The translations under genes were made by a program, and so were the position numbers. Shown in pieces: positions 1 to 13,537 of a DNA stretch of 64,000 nucleotides (positions are counted from its first letter, which is position 1; every line of letters starts with the position of its first letter). The DNA lies in assembly GCA_964057225.1 (NCBI GenBank), contig OZ059900.1, positions 5,580,001 through 5,644,000 of the forward strand, in the 5' to 3' direction. Under the pieces are notes generated by a model. It did no database searches. It was not told the origin of the DNA and saw nothing but the letters and a program-made list of their open reading frames with translations. This DNA is from Auanema rhodensis (taxonomy: Eukaryota; Animalia; Nematoda).

Positions 1-3000
1 TCGCCGTTTTCGCTTTCGCTTCTTCTTTTTTTTTTCATTATATGAATCTGTAGAAGGTTTTCTAGGTAACCGAATAATCAGTTTCGGAACGCGGAGCTCT
101 GAAGATGTTCTGAAATACAGATAAAAATGAAGTTTGAAAGAATGATTGAATTACAATTTTAAGCTGTTAGGATCTCTCTGTTCTTTTGCACATTCGTTCT
201 CGTTGAGAGATTCTGCTTTTATAAATGAACAAATAAAACGCTCTCTTTTACGTCTTCTGATTGATTCAGCCAGCGTTACTATTTCTGGATCATTGGAACG
301 ATCTAGAGTTATAAAACTTCAGTTATGACATGTTAACTATACATACGTCCGTCCAAAGTGTCATCATGAACAGATGATGCTCCACCAGTAACTGCTGAGG
401 TAGGGCGATTACAATCCGTAGTTCGTTTCTTGATAACATTTGAAGGCTGAATAGCAAAACATGCAAACTACCCAATTAATAATAGGAACCTGCTTCTCCG
501 GACTGACGGCAAACCCAACACCAGGAATATATCCATTTTTTGATTTGCATTCTAATGTTTGAATATTTGTTCGAGCTGCTTTCGTTTGCTGCTAAAGTTC
601 AAATTATACAGGATTTGATAGTATTTAATATTACATCTATTTCTTGTTGCATTTTTTCTTTCATTTTTTGAAAGCTGTTATCTTCTTCAGCATCAAAATT
701 GTAAGCATCCCCACAACTTTCTGCAAGAAATGAATGAAATAAGAATGAAAACAACCTTAAACTATACCTTTCGGTTCAGACTGTAAATTATCGAACAGTG
801 TGGATGTTCTATTACGCTTATAAATTGGAATCTTATTAACTTTATTTACAGGCTTCATAGAAAATGGATCTTTTGGTTTCAAGAAAAACAATTCTTGGTC
901 AGTCAACGTTTTTGGCTTTACGCTTGTTTTATCAGCTTGAACCGTTTTACAATTTGAAATAGTTTGCTCTTGTTTTGAATCGCTCGTAACATTGATAATC
1001 TCATCTTCAATTGCAGGAGTAACCGGATCATTGACTTCCTCTTTAATCAACTTGGGCTCAATCATTTCTGAAAGAGAAGAAGAAGCAGCTGCTGCTGCAG
1101 CGGCAACAACAGCTGCTTGAGCAGCGGCTTGAGCAGCAGCAGCTTGAGCTGCAACAGCTTGAGCAGCAACGGCAGCCGACGCTTGAGCTAACAGAATTTC
1201 TTCGGTTTTTGCTTGTTGACGAAGACTTTCTTGAAACACCATAGTTTTCAATTCGTTGACCATATCTATGTTAGCAGATAATCCCGCTGCATGTAGTTGT
1301 CCTAAATAACAATTAGATTGTAAAGTAAATATTAGTCTTTCTACCCATGTGTAGAGCAGCTGCTTCTAATACTTGAGGAGTTAGGGTAGTTAAAGGCATC
1401 AAGCCAGCCATGGAAAACAAGGGCTGTTGTTTTACTTCTGGTTGTATTGTGGTGATGTTTGAAGGTTCGTGCTTTTCTTCCTTGACCTCAGTTTCTTCAT
1501 TTGGTGCTGGTTGATTTTGGGAAGGGGAATCTGGTGGGGTAAACTAAAAAATAGTGAATAGCAGCCATGAAATTTCGATATTACCTGGACTGGACTTAAA
1601 CCAGGTCCGCTGTCCATTCCAGGAAAGTCAAAAATAGAGTTACTTGATTTAGGAACAGACTTTTCGGATACAAATCCAAGAATACTATCTAAATCTTGAT
1701 CTTGCTCTTCTTCACCAGGAAAAGTACTGCAACAGCTTATTAAAAATATAATTCAATTCATTCAAGAAAAAACCTTTTTTTTGTTTTGATTGTAGGAGGA
1801 TCGTCGGAGAAATTCGGTTCTAACGAAGACAATGAAGAATCTATAGGACGTAAAACAGAAGATGTTGAAGTGGAATTGCAGCTCCGGTCATCGTTCCCTA
1901 TATCAGTATGCATGTAGTTTGTCTCATTCGTAGAATTGGATGGACCGAGTGAATTCTCAAATTCCTGTGATGTCTTAAATTAGAAAAAATTATTGAACTA
2001 TTTGATGGGTTATTTTATTACAATAGGTGTATCGGATTGAGATATCTGATTCGAAGACAACACAGCAATCCTATCTTCGGTTGGAGTGTTCTGAAATTTT
2101 TAATATTAAACTTCCGTTTCATCAAAACTCACTGGTGGCTGTAACTGTAATTTGTTATTAGAAGAATCATCGACAAATGGAGTGTTAGGTCCAGAATCAG
2201 TGACATGAATTGATGAAGCCGATGAATGCAAACTAGGCATGTTTAATAGCAAACTATTGTCTATGCTGTTTGGAGGAACAACAGGAGAATTAACTGATAC
2301 ATTAATGGTTGGCGATTTTGAAAGAGCCGTCACGTCTATTGGCGTTGATTGATCTTGTGAATGAGAAGAAGACATAGGAACTGCCATGGAATGCATAAGC
2401 ATGGGTGTTTCGAACATTGACTGGAACAAACTTGCTGAAGCAGAAAATGGTAATCCAGGTACTCCTCTAGAAGTGAGGCTGCTGTTTAGACTATCTACAG
2501 TTTCAGGAGCAAGGATATTTGTGGTAGTTTGAGCAGCAGAAGTATGAGATTTTGGCTTTTGCTGCTGGCTCTGTTGTAATTGGTCTTGTTGTTGCTGTTG
2601 TAGTAGTGAAGTAGCTGTTGCAATATGCGCAACTGATGCATCATTACTAACTGCTGAGATATGCGCCAGATGTGGTGTGGTTTGAGCAAAAAAGTTCGGT
2701 CCTGTTGCGGACAACGAAGATTCTTCATTAAGCATCGCCATTGACGGTAGAAGACGAGAAGCTGCAGCCACCGCTGTCATTTGTGAAGCTGATCCTGCCG
2801 CCGATCGCTCTAATGCAGCTTGATGATGCATGGGCAGTTTTCTGCAAGATAAAAATAATGTTCAAAAACAATTTAGCTAAACAATGAAATTTTCAAACTA
2901 AAACAATGATGTAGAAAGCAAAAATCGTTTGTTTCAGAATAGTTTGAAGGATAGTTCACAACATTCTAAAAACATATTTACTACTTGTAGACAGCATACT

Positions 3001-5472
3001 AATTATTTAAACATATTGATGCTATTCTTTAATTTTCAAATACTATGTATTACGAAATATTTAGAGCCATGAAAAAATAGACGCGTTTTCTTATCTTCAG
3101 AGTGATAATTCAATCGTTGAACAGTTCAAAAATCTATTCGAACAACAAGTGAATGCAACAAAGGATGTTATTTGAAATAGTGGATGAGATAAACGTAAGC
3201 GCATAGTGGACATAGAACGTAAAATCAGATGAGATGAAACGCATTATTGATATTTCGGACGAACAATGTAAAATGCATGAAACATAACTATCATTTCTTC
3301 CAATCCAAGTGAAAAACACAGAGCAATTTTGCAATAACTACATTTTGTAGAAAGTCTTTGTTTGAGTAATACATAACAATAAGTAGAGTAGAAAGAAGTG
3401 TCACTATATGCATGAAAACTTTTTTTGACATCCAATGATTCACTTAGAGAAAATACAAAAGCTCGTGGCAATTTAAATCTATTGTGATTGCTTACAGTTT
3501 CTAGTATATGAAATGAATATTCAACCAAAGATAAAGGGACGAACAAAACCTAGAAATTTATAAGAAGTAAAACAAGAAAAATAAAATAATGAGTTGCGAT
3601 TGGTTGTTAAATGGATGAAAATTTGAAAAAAAAAGATAGAATGTGTAGAAAATGAGTATCAGATGACAACAATGAAAAAGAATAGAGAAATGTAGTGAAT
3701 ATGTAAGGAAAAGAGTGTATAAAATATCCCAGAGCTATTGCTCAGAGCTCTTCGTCTTATAGTGTAAAGAAGAGAAAATAAAATGAGAATATTGGATATG
3801 AGTGAAACCTAAAGCAATGCAATTGTCAGCCAAAGAAGCAGAAAAAAATTGATTAATTGGATATTATTAAAGAATCCCACAACTGTTAAAGGAATATTTC
3901 TTAGAGATTTTTTTCTCATGTAGTAGAATCATTTATTGAGTCGTTCATCTGTTTATCGGTTGATTTTCAACCGACGAACAAGATCGTGGGAAACAGATAA
4001 ATGATAGCAATGACAAAAACAACCAGGCTGATGACAGTGATATGAACGACATGATACACGTGAGCATAAGAAATTGAAAAAATACGCAATGGTGAGACTA
4101 AAATAAATATAAAAAACTTACAGAGATTTGATATAGATACTAGGTAACATTGCTGCTGCAACTTTCGCCTGCAATCAATACATAAATTATTCATTCTTTC
4201 AAGTTTGAACTGATTTTTTAAATTCACTAATGAAAATATATCATATGGCTCAATTTCATAATTTAATACAGTCAATATGATGATTTGATCAACAACTTCA
4301 CAATATGTTGTAGAATAACATATCTTCATTACAAGTCAGTTTTTTTCATTCGAGATATCTTCATTGTAACCTTCATTATACATATCAAAAAGATGTTATC
4401 TTACATCTTTCAAACTTTCCACAGCATTGGAATTCCACTGTTCAAATTCAAAAAGTTTTAAGAAGAATTCCCGCTCGCACTTTTTATTTCATTAATGAAC
4501 AGGTTGTCTATTCTCTCTTCAATAACAAATCCAAGTGTATTTCCATAAAGCAAATAAAAGGTACTAGCTTACCGAGTCCATCCAATTATGATGTGCTGTT
4601 TGCGAAACTGATGCCCATTGTGCCAATTCTGCTGCTTGATTCATACTTGAACTAGCAGCGTTCAGATTAGAAATTCCAGAAAGTTGCGATAAAGTAGACA
4701 TAAAACTATTAGCACCATTTTCCGGCAACGTTAAATCTGAAGGACAAAATAATTTTAATTAAAAGAAACAAAATTTAATATGAAAAGCAAAACATCGGAA
4801 TTGAGTTCACAATTGTGAAAAAAAATCTGTATTAATTTCCAGAATTTTTTCATTATAATTATTCGGTAAAAATCAAAAAAAAATCAAAACTTGTCCACCA
4901 AACTACACTTATTTTGAAATTAATTGCCAAAGTCTTCAATTAATACAAATTAATGTTTGAAAATACTCTATGAAGGAACGGCACGGGATAGTTTAATTAG
5001 GATTTGCTTTAAATAGTTTAATTTCATTTTATCATAAGTATTTTTTTGTTCAAGAATATTGGCTATATACATAAATTATGCAAAATCAAGCGAACGTAAT
5101 ATGAACAATTTTTTTCAATATTTTCACAAAATAAAATTAACAAACGTTGTTATCTAAGCTAAACGATCAAATAAATTTGCGTAATTGAAATCAAAATTCT
5201 AACATTTTAAAATTAAATAAGCTTTAATCAAAAGTACATACAAAAACATTAAGATAAGGGTTGGTGGAGTAGCCTTCAACATTACATTTTCTATTATCTT
5301 TCGATAGTGTTGCGATTCATAAAATTATATAGAGAGAGTAGCGTGTTAATTATATTAAAAAAGTTACTCATTTTTAATGTGACTCAATAATGAGTAATAG
5401 TAACATACCCGTTGATAGAGAGGCAAAGGCTGTCGGGAAACCCGGCAATCCGGCCTCATTAGACTGCTCCAT
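1..5472 (-). CDS. Multi-exon gene for a large low-complexity (Ala/Gln/Ser-rich) probable nuclear/chromatin protein; runs off the window start
   Basis: Exons with GT-AG ends: MEQSNEAGLPGFPTAFASLST (5472-5409), DLTLPENGANS...HNWMDS (4736-4573), KLPMHHQAALERS... (from 2841), a poly-Ala exon (~760-1300) and further small exons ending ...VPKLIIRLPRKP...EKKKKKRKRKRR (NLS-like) at the window edge. No folded domain is visible in this part. Confidence 0.75.
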
Positions 5473-6185
5473 ACCATGAGTATTCACTCTGAAATAGTCA
5501 TATATCATAATTCATAAATAGAATAAAGAAAGAGAAGTAACGTGTTATTATAATAGAAATATAGAGCATACTGAATTTTAAAATAAATTTGTGCATAAAA
5601 GAAATAAAAACAATATCTGAGAAAAAGCTCGGCTAATGCTTTGAAAGAACGCTAACAAAAAAAAACATGACGCGTGGGCAGACCACAGGATAAACTCTAT
5701 TGAGGAAAGGGCACGACACTTCCCAGAAAATCGATAAGCTGCGGGATGCGAGGGAGCGCGTTACAGATCGACTTCTACGACAGACGCAGAGAGTAACACG
5801 ACAGACACAGATGGACGGCTTGGCCTCCACACTTATTTTCCTGTGTATAATGGTACTGGGAGGAACAAAAACGCCAATGACCACAAACAACAACAAAAAA
5901 AACCTACGAATTTGTAGAATATTAACTTACAATTAAAAAAATCAATTTTTTCATTCATTAATATATGTATATATGATTTTGCTGGTCTTATTGATAAGAT
6001 AAGGAAAGAATAAAAAATTCACAATACAAAATTTTAAAGTTTCTTTGTTTCGATCTTGAGACTTCGTTCAACATTTTAAACTATTGATTGAACAACCTTG
6101 TCCAAATATCTCCGGGTCATCTGTTTCTTTGTCTGCCTACCTCTCTTCTTCTTTTTTCACTTATGATCTTCCTCTCTCTCTCTCT

Positions 6186-6188
<3 letters not shown>

Positions 6189-6218
<30 letters not shown>
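6189..6218. repeat. (TA)n microsatellite
   Basis: Direct inspection. Confidence 0.95.
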
Positions 6219-6221
<3 letters not shown>

Positions 6222-6478
6222 CTTTGTGCACTCTCTTTAACTATCAGTTTGTCTTGTTTCTTTCATTCTTTCACATACTAATGTTTGCATTCAATCTATA
6301 GCCTTTTAGACATCGACATTATTGCTCGTGTTGTTTGCTTCGTCTCTTTATTACCCATAGTTTTACTTATTGCTATCCTGTTTCCTACTTATCTCTAATA
6401 TAGTGTTCAGCTCTCTCCAGTTTCTGTACTATATACACACAATCTCAACGTCTTTCTGACCTCTAGTTTTACTATACA

Positions 6479-6487
6479 TTTCGCGCG
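6479..6487 (+). promoter_or_regulatory. E2F/DP-like site TTTCGCGCG in a CpG-rich patch about 1 kb upstream of the first gene
   Basis: Matches the TTTSSCGC consensus; lies in a GC island (6480-6565). Motif match only. Confidence 0.3.
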
Positions 6488-7677
6488 TAGTTCTTACTAA
6501 AAGATGATCACGTAATGGGAATCTCTATGCGCACGGCCATGCGGCGCGGTTTGCAGATCGCAAATTCTACCAATAAAGTTTCAGAATACAGTTTTTTTGT
6601 CGATTTTTAAAAGTTAAAAGTTTATAATTGATAAAATGCCGTCTAAAAAAAGTGCTGATACAGTACATTATATATTAATAAAAAAGTATCCTTCAATGTG
6701 TTTCTGAAAACTTTTGACAAGTTGAACAGCTATAATTTCTTCTAATATCACGATTATTTTATTAAGAAAGATACAATGAAAGTTGCATAAATAAAAGCAT
6801 ATATAAAGAATTATTGTACATGCAATGTATTAATAATGATTCCTATTTTTAAGCTTTTTAAGATAGAATTAAAAGTTGATGTAGCTATAAGAAACAAATC
6901 ATACTTGATAACATATGATTCATTCACCTCTTGAGAAAGTGAAAGAAAATGACATAACAAAAAGATGTAGAACATGAATATCAAATAGAATATCAATTAA
7001 CACATTATTAATATAAGAATAATCATGAAGAAAGCATTTAAACATTTTTTTCACTATTTTAGTTTGAATTCTCATAAACAAATATTGAAAACAGAAGTAA
7101 TTATTGCAAAATCTAAGTGGGAAATGTAACATGTAAAAGTAGGAGTAAAACTATACGTCATTGGTTGCAAAAAAAAGAAACTAACAGTTTAAAAAGTTTT
7201 TAACATAGAAAAAGTAATGTTAATAGAGAAGAAAAAAGTATTTGCTATGTAATACATGATAAACGAACAAAGATAACGTTAACGCAAATGATGCAGTGAG
7301 AATAATTTCCAAATCACAACCATTACCGCATTATGAAAATTTATTTATCTCTGGTTATATATCGAGGATGTTTGAACTAATATAGTATAAGCGATAAATT
7401 TCAAATCTGCAACTACCTTTATTTCATGAGAATTCAAAAATATTACTAAAATTATTGAGTTTCTTTCTTTTTTTTTGCTTAGTTTGAACATCGAACTATA
7501 CTCTAATTTCAAAACCTTTATTGTCTCAATACATGAAGTTAATGAATAAAAGCATGCACTTGATTTGTATACAGAATGAAATAAACTCAATACGCTGAAC
7601 TACAATTCAGTTATATCTATATAAATTTGAAAATAATTGCAAGTATATGTTTATCAGAAGGAATTGATAGTAAACAA

Positions 7678-10600
7678 TTAATAGCGAGATGATGCTGTTG
7701 TTGATGATAGTCCGCTCATCAACTGGTTGGTAAGAGCATCAATTTCATCTTGTCCTCCGCGACTAAAAATTAAATTTTGTTTTTAAAATTGATTTTTACT
7801 TAGATTTCTTATTCAATTATTGTCACTTACGTTGTATGGCTGTACGATCTGGAAATTTCTTGAACTCTTTCAACAGAACGTGGATCTTTCTGGTTGAGAG
7901 GATCAATTTGTTGATTGGCATCGCGCTGTCTTTGAGTCAAAGCTATAAATCGAACCTCAATTTATATCGAGTTTTTCGTATACGCTCACTTTCATTACGA
8001 AGTTGTTTAACAAAATTGTTAGGTGAAGGTACGTTTGAATTTGATTTATATGGAGCATATGGGGCAAAATGTTCTCTACAATAGTCTATCATTTTTCAAG
8101 ACTGATCCACATAAACTCACTCCGTAGTTTCTTCATGTCTTCTATATAAACTCTGTTTAGTAACAGTAGTAGACGATGGAGTATTATCAGAAGCATTCAT
8201 TACAGCTACCGGTGTAGTGGTGGCATACTTAACATGTTTTTGTCTTTTTTCATTGTTCTAAGTATTATTTACCTGATGAATCAATTCGCGCGGATTTGTT
8301 ATCAAATATCCAGTCTTTGTATCAAGCTTATAGTTAACATCATGAATTCCTGGAGAGGCAGTGACTCCGCCTGTAAAGTTATCATATATTTTTAAATAAG
8401 CTGGATTTAGCTACGAGGGAATCCATCGTCAACTCCTGATCCACCATATCTTGGATATCCGTCACCATGGCCCACACCACCATTTCCATGAGGAGAAGGT
8501 GACCCAAAACCATTTTTTGGAGTTCCACGCCCAAAACCATCTGATAAATTATCGGGGTATCCACCGTTTCCACCTGTACCATAGTTGTCAGGTCCGTTCA
8601 CTGCTTTAGTATTCATGAATAACACAATTTCAACTTTTTTTGAAATACCTTTTCCAGCATTAGGATTTCCTCCAAGTTTGTCCAGTGGACTCATAGCACC
8701 TGCACGAGAGCTTCGCCCGCTTCCTGGTCCATATTCACTTCCAAAGCCGGAATTTCTTCCGTCTTAATAATTGTTTTGAATTTTGTAAACCTTTATTTAA
8801 TATTCAAAGTACCTCCTCCAACAGAGTTGCTCCATGATTTTTCATAAACGTTTACGCCACCATGTCCCTTATCTCCACGATCCATGTGCTGTAGCTGTGT
8901 GATTGTGACTTTTGGTGAAAGATCAACAGGTTTTCTATAAACAGAAAAAACAACTGTGATTGGAAACATAGAAAAAAATATTCTGCTATTAAACCTTTTG
9001 AGCTCTATTCCGTCAGCAGCGACCGTACCATCACCAATTGGCGAATAATACATACGTCTAGGTTTCAAACCTTTAGGCATTTGAACAGGATCAGTAATAA
9101 TCTAATTTTTTACATTTACAATGAATCTAAATTATAAGCTCATTACCTCTCCGCCGTTCCATTGATGAGAAGTTAATTCAACACCGCTACCTGGTCTATC
9201 TCCAAACCCTCCAAATCGGCTATCTTCAAATGGAGATTTTTGGCGATTAGCTCTAGCATGATTTTTAGTTTCAAATCTATTGTAATCGTCCTAAAAATTA
9301 TATAGAATATAAATACTTCATAAAAAAAAGAAGAAAATATATTATTTCTTATATATTTTGTTGGAATTTGATGGTTTGACATTTCAAGCTTTTCCGTTAC
9401 TTCTGTTCTGTTTATCTTCCATGCATCAAACACCAAGAAATTTACATTGAATAGAAGCAATGTGAGGAGGAGGTGTATCATTGAATACGTGTGTTACAAC
9501 AATTAAGAACAGCTGTCTGTGATCGTCTTCTGTCTCTATTTCACATAGGCCCAACATCTGGCTTATTCAGTTTTAACGATCAGGAAGCATTCCGTTCAAG
9601 AACATGGTAATGAAAATATTTGTATAAAAAATGATATTGAGATATTTTGGAAAATGTATGAGAAGAAACTTCTGTTATAAAATTAAATAGTCAATTACAT
9701 TGAACTCGCATTTAAAAAACGATTTCTTAAATAGCTACATGTAAGCTCTCACCGAATAGTTCAGATAGTTTGAAAATGTTTAAAAATGTTGAAAAAGATT
9801 ATTCATAAACATTATTGTTAAAACTTACTTTATGCTTGCCGAGGCTTGAGTATGCAGGGCTTGCTGCATTATCACGAAAACTCAAATTTCCAATACTTCC
9901 GTATTGAGACATTTCTAACTGAAACAGAAATCAAATACAATGTACACTTGATATAAAGAATAAATAATTGAAATAAATCAAGAAATTTGATATGTGATAA
10001 ATGAAAATACAAATAGGAAGGAGCAAAAACTGTTCTTTGCGGACTGCTGGAAAAGTAAGGCCGCCTCCACGTTTAACTGATTTTGACTTCTGATTATCTT
10101 GCACAGGCTTTATGCCTCATCTGTTGTCTATCTATTTCTATTTCTCTTTCTTTTTCATAGTTATCTCTCTCTTTTCTTATTTTCTCTTGTTATCTCTTTT
10201 CTTTACTCTTACAATGATCTTTCTCTTTTAGTTTAAGCCTTCTTCTTTCAAAATCTTCTTTGTATCCCTCTCAATATCTCTTTGAAAAAAATTTCTGATA
10301 TATAACGAAAGCAATGAAAAAGATGTGAGAGGTATTTGAGCTAGAGATGAGAGAATAGACAGAAAAGTGACAGAAAAAAAGAATTGAAGGAAGAATGGAA
10401 TACAAAACACCAGTGTATAGCTTATCTCATCCGTCTTTTTATTCTGCCCACCCCACACCGATGTGGTTTACATCGAGCAGTAAATGAGGATCTTTAGACA
10501 TTTTTAACCTGCTGTTTCTATCATCTGTTTCTAACGTCTGGTGTCTCTTATAAACCAACAGTATATTGAGAAAAGCTTATGTCGTTCATCCTAACTTCTC

Positions 10601-12242
10601 TCATAATATCAGAATTTCTCTTCACTTCTCACAATAATAAAACATTTTCTGAAGACTTCGTTTCTCATATTATACACACAACAGATTACTCCACTCTCCG
10701 CTTTTCACCATTATATTCACAACATCTATTCTTATTGGTTTTAAATAGATGTGGAGGAGGGTGAGTGATGTTGTAAAGTGCACAGCCAAAGCAGGCTAAT
10801 GACGAACCTGTTTCGTTGAAAAAAAAGAAATAAACTGTTTTAACAACATTAATTCAGTTCACAGTTTAAGAATTATAAATAAAATCAGAAGATGTACAAT
10901 TAAAAATATAATAATATCTGAAAATAAAGATGAATTTGTGATAATTGAATGTATTCCTAAATAATTGCGCCTTATATCTCAAAATTTCAAACATTTTAAT
11001 ACAGAAAGACACTCATTCTCTTTCTAAAATATCAAAGAACCAAAAATCTTACGTTCGAAGGTTGATGATGGCTTACAGGCGAGAATGATCTAGCACGTTC
11101 CAGATCCAGCCAACTTACTCCTTTTCTAAACATAACTACAGTCGTAGACTGCACTCCGAAAATAAAACCTTTTTAATGTACTACCAGGGCTGTGACTAAA
11201 TTTGCACGATCTTTCACCGAGGTATCCGTAATCAGAATGAGCAGTAGTTGATGCAGGACGATTAACCTGATTGTATGGCACAGATGACGATCTTTCAGTC
11301 ATTTCTTTTGCAAATTCATCACATCCGTTTGTTGTTTTACTCTGTGACTTGATAGTACTGTAAGTATTTGAGGAATACGGTGCAATAGAGTTAGAATCGT
11401 TTTGGACACGCTGATCTATAAAAACAAAATGAATAGCAGAGAAATGAACGTTGTCGCATTACTATTGCCGTTCAAATTCTCGTTGCTCTTCATTTTATCC
11501 AAAAAGTTCATAAGATATGAATTATCCGAAATGTTCTCAATTCCAGGAAAATCGCTTGTAAAATTTGCATCTAGAAAATAAAAATTAAATGAAAATGGTT
11601 TTTATTCTCACGATCTACGCTTGGAGGTCTAGGGCAATGCATTAGATCTGCATCAGAGAGATGCTCATTTTTCTTTTGATGTTTCAACTGAAAGTTTTAA
11701 TGGAAATTAATTAGATTATAACAATTCATACGGTCGTTAAGGATTCCATAGAGTTATAGCGATCTAGTGGAGTAGGCTCAGATGAAATCGCTCTACTTCG
11801 ATCAGAATACGCAGAAGTTTTACTTGACTGTGCAACAGGTTTCATAACTACATCATAACCGAAATTTTAATCTCATTTTCAAATCCAGTTTACCATCTTT
11901 TGCTTCGTCGATCCAACGAACCAAGTGTGAATTTGCATCAATGAATCGCTGTAATTCTCGATCTTGGTTGTTTGAAAGTTCATGTCGGTTCATCAGATCA
12001 ACTCCTCCTACGCAAACTTTCTCCTGAGGGCAAAATGAGAGAAAAATAAATTCTGTTGTAAATAAAAACATACGTTATCGTCAAGTTGTGGATAAGGCAT
12101 TCTGCGTCAATTTCTATCTTATATTCTAAAACAATAATTTTTCTTCTTATTGTAGCAAACAATAAGCATATTGTCGTAACATTTCAAGATAATACATGAA
12201 TCTGGCAAAGAGCATCTTAAAAAAACACAAGCGCACAGTTTT

Positions 12243-12284
<42 letters not shown>

Positions 12285-12637
12285 ATTATTGCAATGGGAC
12301 TTAAATCTCTAGTTGTATTCGAGAAAAAATGAAGTGCTTGTTAGTATTGTTTACTTGAATGTTGAAAAAGAAACAGAAAACACAACAGCCAATAGAAATA
12401 ATGAATAAACAAAACTTGAAGAGTAGAACGTATTACTAAAAACAAAACCAAGCTCAATTTACCAAACAGTGTTTTTATTTTCAAAAAAAGTTCATAATTA
12501 ACTTGCAAATGGGAGTTCAGAACAGGCAACTGACGGACGTGATCACCTAAAGAATGCATGGGAGCTATGCTTTGTAATGTCCACAGCTGTTGTCTTCGAA
12601 ATATTTCTTTGAGAGCATGTGAGTTTTCCGAAGGCAT
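7678..12637 (-). CDS. Multi-exon uncharacterised, probably nematode-specific Gly/Pro/Ser-rich protein with alternative first exons
   Basis: Exons (phases checked at most junctions): MPSENSHALKE...SHLQ | EKVCVGGVDLM... | ...TLKRKGVSWLDLERARSFSP...SN | LEMSQYGSIGNL...KHK | DDYNRFE...SHQWNGGE | IITDPVQMPKGLKPRRMYYSPIGDGTVAADGIELKR | KPVDLSPKVTITQLQH... | Gly-rich exons | GYLITNPRELIHQ | ...DEIDALTNQLMSGLSSTTASSRY* (TAA 7678-7680). Confidence 0.75.
12247..12281. repeat. (TA)n microsatellite
   Basis: Direct inspection. Confidence 0.95.
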
Positions 12638-13537
12638 CTGAGAGAGAGAAAGAGTGAGGGAGGCAGAGAAAAAGAGCAAGAGAGAGAGAAAAAAAAGAGA
12701 AGTATTCCGAGTCTGAAACAATATGATGAATTTTATAGTGAAGTATTGGGAGAACAAAATAATCATATGGTTCAATAATACACAGCTTTTTCTCCAATAT
12801 TTTAGAAAATATAGTTTGTTACCAAATTGTTTTTGTTGTTATTGCTTTCCAATTTCTGTTCTATTATGTCAAGGTTTTTGGAAGCACCTTCTGAACATTC
12901 AAAGTATTGAAAAAAAACACAATTCTTTAATACAAATTTGTTTCATTTCCCTGCCGGAAGCATTTCTTTTCATGCTGGAGAATTAAATGCGTTGTGACGT
13001 TACTAGAAAGAGTCAGTTGGCAGTGTTTCAGAAATATTACACTATCCTACACATCTTTGATTCCCTGGCTCTCTTTTAACTAAAAGCTCATTAGCCCTGA
13101 TAACAATTTTCAAATTTTTCAAAGTGCGTTAGAAAATGTTCAAAAAAAAAGTATTTTCTCATAATTATCATTCCTTTTTTTTCAAACTGTACTTTTATTC
13201 GAATCTTTTTTTTATAATATCCTGCAAACCAAACGACTGTTGTTGAACGTTGAGCAAATGTTATAACCGCCTGTTCATTGATTAGACCAAGTGTTTTGGC
13301 AATACGTTTATTGAGATGTTAAAAGATGTTGTTATGTTTAACTTCTATAACAAATTTTTCTTTCTCATATTACATATATCATTTTTTTTTGTTTTGTATA
13401 TATTAATATTTTAGTTTTTCAAAACTATTCTTATTTTTATTCATTTTATTTGAAAGCACGAAAAAGTTACACTTATTGTATTCTTTTTCAGTTTTTCTAT
13501 GTAAAGCAGATATTACTGAATTTTTCTACAAATTCTA

